This document shows, one piece after another, positions 44,095-50,075 of a stretch of DNA of 50,075 bases. Source of the DNA: a virus (taxonomy: Duplodnaviria > Caudoviricetes); IMG/VR virus record IMGVR_UViG_3300006169_000021, positions 1-50,075 of that record; one strand, written 5' to 3'. The notes under the pieces were generated by a model. The model saw only the letters and a program-made list of their open reading frames with translations, was not told the DNA's origin and did no database searches. A program made the translations under genes and the position numbers. Numbering within the stretch: position 1 is the stretch's first letter; each line of letters starts with the position of its first letter.

Positions 44095-45351
44095 CTAGAC
44101 GAGAGCAGATAGCGGAATGAAATTGACGTCAGCAATGTCGATGAGAGCCGTGCCGACAGGCGTGCCGGTGACCGTAATCGTCGCTTGGACCTCAGCAGAT
44201 GTAAAGCCACTTGGAACCGGCATCCAGAACGACACGACCTCACCCTCGTCGCCGGTTTCCCAAGGGGCTTGGTTCAGTGGTCGCGCCGGCGAGGCAAGCG
44301 CGGGAGTGCCGCCGAGAGCGATCGCAAAGTTCAGCTTGTAGAAGGCCGATGCCGACTCATACATGTTCTTGCACCAATAGCGGCACGTAAACAGGACAGG
44401 CTCACCGATCAGAGGCGTGAGCTTCGTAGTGACCAGTTGCCGGAGAATGTTGAAATTCCCGGCACCGGTCTTCGAAACCCGATGCCTGAGCCCATTGGAA
44501 TAGTCGTCATCCACGAATGAGCGGACCCCACCGTTGGTCCCAGAGGCAGTGGCGCCACTGTTCCAGCCCGTCGGAGCGCCAGTACCCGCGTGAGTCGACC
44601 CGTCGAAGCATCCTGTGGTGTTCAGAATCGAACCCTCTTCGAGTGCACCTACAGTCTTGGCCACCTGACTCACCGTCTTCGGACTTAGCAGGCTCTGCAA
44701 CTGCTGGCTGGCATAGTTCGCCGCCTTAAGTTCACCAGCGCGAGTCAGGTGCACCGTGTCGTAGGTGTCGCCGGCGTCGGTCCAAGCACCATCACCGGCC
44801 ACGCTGAACACCCTGAAGATGTCCCAGGTTCGATACCCCTCCGCGGCGGCCATCGCCTCGAGCGCAGCAATATAGCTGACCCAAGCCGCACGGTTGTTCG
44901 GCGGATTGTTGTCGTATGGCGTCGGCAGCACGACAATGGGAATGAGCCCGTACCCACGAGCTTTCACCGCCATATGCCGAACGTTGTCGACAATGGTTGC
45001 CTGAGCAACCCCACCGTTGATGTCGTTGCCGCCACCTGAGATCAGGCAGATTCCGCCGCCAGGCACGATGTGAGCACCGATGTCCGTATCAAATCGGGCC
45101 AGCATCTGCCCGGTGGTGTTGCCCTGAACGCCGCCGTTCACGACGATCATCGCACGATCGCCATTCTTGTAGACCGTCCGGAGAATGTACGACTCGCCAT
45201 AAGCTGGCAGCTTGGTGTTGTCCCAAATGCCGGTCGTTCCGATGGTGCCCTGAACGACCGAGTCACCGATCGCATAGACTCGCAGCAGGGGAGGAATCCG
45301 GAGATCGGCCGCGCCGAATGCCGGAGACAGCCCGAGGCCGATTCCAGGCAC
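44095..45351 (-). CDS. Virion fibre with an SGNH/GDSL hydrolase domain and a C-terminal beta (carbohydrate-binding-like) domain
   Basis: AIGDS, NGGVQG, GGGND and DTVH catalytic blocks. N-terminal MPGIGLGL. Confidence 0.85.
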   Translation of the reverse strand: MPGIGLGLSPAFGAADLRIPPLLRVYAIGDSVVQGTIGTTGIWDNTKLPAYGESYILRTVYKNGDRAMIVVNGGVQGNTTGQMLARFDTDIGAHIVPGGGICLISGGGNDINGGVAQATIVDNVRHMAVKARGYGLIPIVVLPTPYDNNPPNNRAAWVSYIAALEAMAAAEGYRTWDIFRVFSVAGDGAWTDAGDTYDTVHLTRAGELKAANYASQQLQSLLSPKTVSQVAKTVGALEEGSILNTTGCFDGSTHAGTGAPTGWNSGATASGTNGGVRSFVDDDYSNGLRHRVSKTGAGNFNILRQLVTTKLTPLIGEPVLFTCRYWCKNMYESASAFYKLNFAIALGGTPALASPARPLNQAPWETGDEGEVVSFWMPVPSGFTSAEVQATITVTGTPVGTALIDIADVNFIPLSALV

Positions 45352-45353
45352 CT

Positions 45354-45599
45354 TTACAGGCCTCCGTAGCTTCCCGCGGGAGCCGAAGCAACCGCAGTGA
45401 ATTCCATCGGATGCCAGATTCCAACCGCCAAGCCCGAGCTCGTGAAGGTCGAGCCATCAAGCATCGTCAGCTCGACCTCGCCGGCCTCCGCCAAGTAGAT
45501 CGCACGGACCACCGTTCCACTGGGAATCGGGTCCCCAAGGTCGATCACGCCCGTCACGGACCGAAGCCCACCAAAGAGTTCACGTAGCAACTTATTCAT
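45354..45599 (-). CDS. Head spike base protein (RcGTA Rcc01079-like)
   Basis: RAIYLAEAGEVELTMLDGSTFTSSGLAVGIWHPM pattern, followed by a gene starting GLGL. Confidence 0.65.
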   Translation of the reverse strand: MNKLLRELFGGLRSVTGVIDLGDPIPSGTVVRAIYLAEAGEVELTMLDGSTFTSSGLAVGIWHPMEFTAVASAPAGSYGGL

Positions 45600-45610
45600 G
45601 TCTATCTGCC

Positions 45611-48600
45611 TTAACTGAAGGTCAATCCCAGATCCGTGCTGGTGAGCACGTACTCTGAGCCATCGTCTGAAATCCCAATGTCGATCCCGAAGCTCTCATC
45701 CTTGCGGGGAAACGCCGTCGAAGTCAGCCGAACATCTTCGGTCAGACCCGTCACATTCGTGTCCCAAGGGCCATGAACCAGATTCCCGAGCGGATCGAAG
45801 AGCCGACCCACCAGCGTTCCGGCCTCAGCGGTGAAGACATAGATCCGGCTTTCCGTCGCGTGACAGATCGTCAAAGCGTCGCTTGATGGAAGTGCAATCA
45901 CATTCGTCCACGTATTCCCAAGGTCGGAAGTCGATCGAAGGTCGACCGTGCCATCCTCACCAATCCGGCCAACCCACAGAGCATCTGGGGGAGCGGTCAG
46001 CGAAACATCTACTGCGGTAAGCCCGGTATCCCGAACCGGATCAAAAGACTTCGGCGAAGCCGGATCAGCCATGGCTAGCTTCAAACTCTCCGAGTCATGC
46101 GCCCGAAAGATCGCACCATCCCGTCTCGAGGCCAGGGCGATTACGCCGGCAGCACCGAATTCGGTGTGCAGCACCATGAACCAGCCGTGCCACGGCCGCA
46201 GCGAGTGAGCGAACTCGCGTCCACCCGATCGGATCCGGCCATCGGTCTCGCTGTTGGTCAGCTCATGCGCGTGCTCAGTGATCGCCCAGCCGGAAACCGC
46301 ATCATCGCCGGTGTAGGGCACCGTCCATTGATCATCTTCGACAAAGAGGTGCGCTTCGTCGTGGGCATTGACCAGGTACCGCTTCTCCTGAGCCCAGTCC
46401 CACACCTCATTGCTGTAATCGCCCGATTCGCTCCAGTCCTCCGGATCCCTTGCTTTTCGAGGGAAGATCGCGAGTGGTGGAATCTCCGCATACGTGTTCA
46501 CGATCGCCGCACGCATCGTGTGATCGGTCGGCTCCGTCGATCGAGGAAGGATGAACGCAAATCCCTCACCGTCCGAGACCGCAATTCCCTGTCCTTCAAA
46601 GCTATCGAAGAGCTGCGTCAGCTCGGTCGAGAGATCGGGAGTGCCACCAATCGAGGAGTCTCCCTGAAAGAGCACTCGGCGGACGCACAGCCAGTCCACC
46701 ACCGACATCTTGTAGCCGAGGCCGATCGACAGTCTTGGCGCATCCAGGATGCTGTTGAACCCGTTCGACCACACGTGGTTGCCGATCCGAACGCCAGGTC
46801 CATCCTCCCAAAGCAGGTTGACGATCTGTGCGTTCTCTTGAATCGCCAGCGGATGCTCGGTGTTGTGGACCCAGGTCGGATATTCCAGAGTTACATCGAC
46901 GTTCGCGTCGGTGACCTCGATCTCAAACCGGAGCTTGGCCATCGTGCGGCCGCGAAGGAGCGAGAACGCCACCATCCGCTCATCGTCGGACATCGTGGCC
47001 GCAGAAATGCCGCTGGCCAGAGCGTCGGCCCCCTCATCGATGACGTAGCCATCGCCGTTGTCGATCGCCCACGATCCTGCGAACTTGTTCTGAGCATCGA
47101 TCGGGATGCGGTAGGTTTGACCTTCAGTTGTTTCTGTGTCGGACGGATTCACCTTGAGCAGTGCCTTTTGCCCATCGATTCCAACCGCATAGACCTTCAC
47201 CGATTCGATGTTGGTGAGCGACCATCCAATCGTCACTCGGTCGCAGATGTGCGGATAAAGGTAGGGCGGGTGCTCAAAGCTGCCCACTTCCAATTCCACC
47301 ACGCAGATTGACGCCGCAGGGTTGACCGTGATGTCCGTTCCGAAGCTCAGAGAGGCGTCCTCGGCTGACCAAAGCGGTTCCGATTCATCGTCGAGCGTCT
47401 TCGAAGCAGGTCTGTTCACATCCTGCGTCTGCCATCGGCTAATCCCGATCGGCCTGATCCCGAATACGAAGGCGTCATAGAACGGCGTGTGTCCGAATTC
47501 CTCCCCCACCCCATTGATGAGGAAGTTGCGCGTCTTGAGCTGCTCAGAAGGATCCAAATAGGGAGCGTCGTGGAATTGCTCCCGAATCTCCATGAAGTAC
47601 TTGCGGCTGATCGCACCACCGTCGACCTTCCACTCCTCCTGGGTCCCCTCCTCGTCTTCCGGGTCTGGCCAGTGCCGGCCGTAGTGCCAGAGCGGATGCA
47701 CCCAGTAGTTGAAGTAGCGAATATCCGGATCGGCATGATCCAGATATCCATCCATGTCGTTGTTGGAAGCCGAGTCCTCAACCGAGTGAGGGAAGTGGAA
47801 GCTCACCGTCTCCGATTGGCTCAGGTTCTCATGCTCTGGCCAGACGAATTCACACGAGATCGCCGGCATCTCCACAGGATCGGCACAGGCCAACCCGCCA
47901 GGCATCGAGAACGTCGGCGGCGGACAGGGACAGCTCGAGTGCAGGTTCTCGAACGTATAGCTCTCGCTGTGGATTCGGAACCGCTGAACTGCGATCGGAG
48001 CATAGCTGGGATAGCTGAACGTATCCTCCATCGCGTGGGTGGCGTCCCCGACCACCGCACGGATCTTGCTTTGGCTTGGGTGGGTCTCCTCGATCTCGGT
48101 GACGGTGTCGCTCACACCCCCGTCCGTCCACATGCGGCTGCCGGCATATTCCGTCTTCGGCATCCCGTACCGGCGCCAGAACGACCGATACCCACCGGCC
48201 ATGCGCCGAACCCCCTTCCAGAGGTTCGGAATCAGCCGCACCGTGCCGCCATTCCCATCCTGCGTCGAGAAGGTCTTGAACACCTTCCGGGCTGCCATCC
48301 CGGTCCCACCGCCGATCATGTTGCAGTTCGAGCCAGGTGCCACCGTTTCCTGATGGATGACGCCCTCCGAGCAGGTCACCGTAACCACGACGCCGGTCGG
48401 GTTCTCCGTGCCCTCCTCGACCACACCAGCCTGAATCCTCGAATGCGCCACGCCGATGTCACCGGCCGTGCGGTCCGAGACCGCGATTCCATCGACGTCG
48501 AGGCCAAAAGGAGCCCCACCAACTGCCGGAAGGCTGATCGGATGGAGCAACACCGGTAGCCACTCCCAGACCCCGCCGTCTGGCTTGATCTCCCATCCCC

Positions 48601-49132
48601 CGCTTACCTCCGAGTCCGCCACCGAGTCGTATTCCCACGTGTCCGGGAAGATCGCCAGGTCAGAACCAGCGGAACAAGCCCAAGTGACCTCCATCGGATG
48701 CGCGATGAACGGAAAGTACGCCGGGCCATTGCTGTTAGAATCGGCGCTGAATCCGCTGAGCGTCGTCGCCAGCGATCCGTTCACCCAAACCTCCACCGCT
48801 CCCGCCTCGAACCGCATCAGAGCGCCGAGGTTCCGGCTGTACACCTTCACGCCGGTGAACACGATTACCAGCGACAAGAAGTCGAGAGGCGTGCTGTCCG
48901 AGTCGCTGAATACGCCCCCAGGCCCTTGATATTCGATCTCCCACCCGCTCGGAGCCGATGAGAGCGAGAGGAACATCGCTTCCGTCTTGGTGAGGACGTC
49001 CTCCGTGTACTCGGTCACCGCCGCCGCGCTGTGGCCGAAGACGCCATTCCCGTCCCCGGAATAGCTGCTGGTGAGCTCAGAGACCAACGAATACCGCAGC
49101 TCGCCAGAAAAGAGAAGACCGTTAGTTGGCAT
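45611..49132 (-). CDS. Large tail/host-specificity structural protein (1173 aa)
   Basis: Acidic and beta-rich, with C-terminal Asp-box repeats (STSDLGNTW, TSTDLGLTF). In the late operon. Confidence 0.7.
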   Translation of the reverse strand: MPTNGLLFSGELRYSLVSELTSSYSGDGNGVFGHSAAAVTEYTEDVLTKTEAMFLSLSSAPSGWEIEYQGPGGVFSDSDSTPLDFLSLVIVFTGVKVYSRNLGALMRFEAGAVEVWVNGSLATTLSGFSADSNSNGPAYFPFIAHPMEVTWACSAGSDLAIFPDTWEYDSVADSEVSGGWEIKPDGGVWEWLPVLLHPISLPAVGGAPFGLDVDGIAVSDRTAGDIGVAHSRIQAGVVEEGTENPTGVVVTVTCSEGVIHQETVAPGSNCNMIGGGTGMAARKVFKTFSTQDGNGGTVRLIPNLWKGVRRMAGGYRSFWRRYGMPKTEYAGSRMWTDGGVSDTVTEIEETHPSQSKIRAVVGDATHAMEDTFSYPSYAPIAVQRFRIHSESYTFENLHSSCPCPPPTFSMPGGLACADPVEMPAISCEFVWPEHENLSQSETVSFHFPHSVEDSASNNDMDGYLDHADPDIRYFNYWVHPLWHYGRHWPDPEDEEGTQEEWKVDGGAISRKYFMEIREQFHDAPYLDPSEQLKTRNFLINGVGEEFGHTPFYDAFVFGIRPIGISRWQTQDVNRPASKTLDDESEPLWSAEDASLSFGTDITVNPAASICVVELEVGSFEHPPYLYPHICDRVTIGWSLTNIESVKVYAVGIDGQKALLKVNPSDTETTEGQTYRIPIDAQNKFAGSWAIDNGDGYVIDEGADALASGISAATMSDDERMVAFSLLRGRTMAKLRFEIEVTDANVDVTLEYPTWVHNTEHPLAIQENAQIVNLLWEDGPGVRIGNHVWSNGFNSILDAPRLSIGLGYKMSVVDWLCVRRVLFQGDSSIGGTPDLSTELTQLFDSFEGQGIAVSDGEGFAFILPRSTEPTDHTMRAAIVNTYAEIPPLAIFPRKARDPEDWSESGDYSNEVWDWAQEKRYLVNAHDEAHLFVEDDQWTVPYTGDDAVSGWAITEHAHELTNSETDGRIRSGGREFAHSLRPWHGWFMVLHTEFGAAGVIALASRRDGAIFRAHDSESLKLAMADPASPKSFDPVRDTGLTAVDVSLTAPPDALWVGRIGEDGTVDLRSTSDLGNTWTNVIALPSSDALTICHATESRIYVFTAEAGTLVGRLFDPLGNLVHGPWDTNVTGLTEDVRLTSTAFPRKDESFGIDIGISDDGSEYVLTSTDLGLTFS

Positions 49133-49313
49133 CCTTGCCCCCGCACCCGCACGGTTCCTTAGGCTTCCTAATCTTCCGCTCCGCCTTGAAGAGCTTGGCC
49201 AGGTTGACTACCGCCATCTTGAAGTCGTCGACTTCGCACGCCGTGCCAGTGAAATGCACACTTAGCTCTTCGGTCCCGTCCGACAGCTTGATCCGAAGAT
49301 CACGAGTGGTCAT
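49122..49313 (-). CDS. Small hypothetical protein (63 aa)
   Basis: Overlaps the start of the large tail gene. Ends in PCGCG. Confidence 0.55.
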   Translation of the reverse strand: MTTRDLRIKLSDGTEELSVHFTGTACEVDDFKMAVVNLAKLFKAERKIRKPKEPCGCGGKDAN

Positions 49314-49465
49314 AATCGGGCAGGATGGACTATCTCGATCAGTGGCTCAACGGCTTCGGCACCCCGTGGGGTGCAGCCAAATTCTGCGCATTCTGGCTTT
49401 CTGCTGGATGGATCGTCGGTGGTCTAATCTAACTCGGAGCCCCAATTCTGTTAGGCTAAAGAACA

Positions 49466-50075
49466 GTGGATGCGTTCTGGCAGTTTGCCCGTGATTACCC
49501 ATTTGTTATCACCGTTGTAGTCAGCGTGCTCTTATGGGTGATCGGCTGGCTTATAAGCCTGCGAATCCGTAAACACAAGAGACTGGCTTGGGGCTATCTT
49601 GTGACTGAGGCCCTTTCGTATGATCGAACCATAGGCTCCGACCTCGACATCTCCTTCAAGGGTCACCAGATTCGATCCCTCTGGCTAACTCGAATCACAA
49701 TCAAAAACTTAGGCACGGAGGAACTGTCCGAGGACGAGTTTGCGGAGCCTCTGACCTTTCACTTCACCGGGACGCGGGTCATTAGCACAAGCAAGACTCA
49801 CGGGTCCCCCGTACGGTTTTCGTTCGAGTCGACCGAGAAGTCGGTTCAACTTAGAATCCCACTTCTGAACCCCAAGGAAGACCTACGCGTGGTGGTTCTG
49901 ACAGATAGCCGACCCGACTCAGTTTCTCCAGACTATCGAATCAAGGGGATCGCCGAGATTGAGCGGCTAAGTGCACCGCCGGTCGATGCTTTCCTGATCC
50001 TTCTGATAGCATTCCTATTGATTGGCGGAACATGGAGTATTTCGTTGTCTCAAGGTCATCCCTTCTCGACCTTGC
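49466..50075 (+). CDS. Moron: 244-aa membrane protein spanning the circular junction (49466-49988 + 1-212)
   Basis: Translated by hand: MDAFWQFARDYPFVITVVVSVLLWVIGWLISLRIRKHKRL..., a soluble beta domain, then two more TM helices. Extended -10 TGtTAGGCT 8 nt upstream. Confidence 0.8.
   Translation, partial: MDAFWQFARDYPFVITVVVSVLLWVIGWLISLRIRKHKRLAWGYLVTEALSYDRTIGSDLDISFKGHQIRSLWLTRITIKNLGTEELSEDEFAEPLTFHFTGTRVISTSKTHGSPVRFSFESTEKSVQLRIPLLNPKEDLRVVVLTDSRPDSVSPDYRIKGIAEIERLSAPPVDAFLILLIAFLLIGGTWSISLSQGHPFSTL
49989..50075. repeat. 87-bp terminal direct repeat, right copy
   Basis: Identical to 1-87. Confidence 0.97.

Noticed and set aside
44095-49132. Diversity-generating retroelement or invertible tail-fibre cassette
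   Set aside because: No reverse transcriptase or serine invertase was recognised, and I saw no TR/VR repeat pair by eye. A self-alignment would be needed to exclude one fully.
172-49313. Genome-wide stop-codon reassignment
   Set aside because: Recognisable genes are full length under code 11, and many TAG stops are followed by out-of-frame starts.

Overview
The window is a complete, circularly assembled temperate tailed-phage genome of about 49,988 bp. Bases 1-87 are repeated exactly at 49989-50075, and one ORF reads through the junction. The layout is lambdoid. Leftward late arm: amidase endolysin, two holin-like genes, a degenerate tRNA(CAT), a metallopeptidase, TerS and TerL, a portal-MuF fusion, protease/scaffold, decoration protein, major capsid, head-tail connectors, tail tube, a tail chaperone with a -1 frameshift, tape measure, tail-tip proteins, and a GTA-like head-spike base followed by an SGNH fibre. 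Leftward early arm: Cro, an FtsK-gamma-like membrane protein, a beta clamp, DUF5131, adenine and cytosine methylases, RusA, a replication initiator and HNH-AP2. A cI/cro switch carries TGAGAC-based operators. Rightward early arm: KTSC, an OB-fold protein, ASCH, DUF1643, a DpdA/TGT-like protein with DUF6884, Xis and a tyrosine integrase. An intact attP matches the 3' half of tRNA-Pro(GGG) and is followed by a block of morons, mostly with leaderless promoters. Best leads: (1) a minimal two-gene DpdA-like + DUF6884 module with no preQ0 synthesis genes; (2) several multi-stem non-coding RNAs, notably about 220 nt in the late leader; (3) a TIGR04255-like + membrane-protein operon next to attP, a candidate defence system; (4) an esterase apparently displayed on head spikes; (5) the operator half-site recurring at the late promoter and as a triple repeat in front of a moron. 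All family assignments come from motif recognition by eye, not from database searches.
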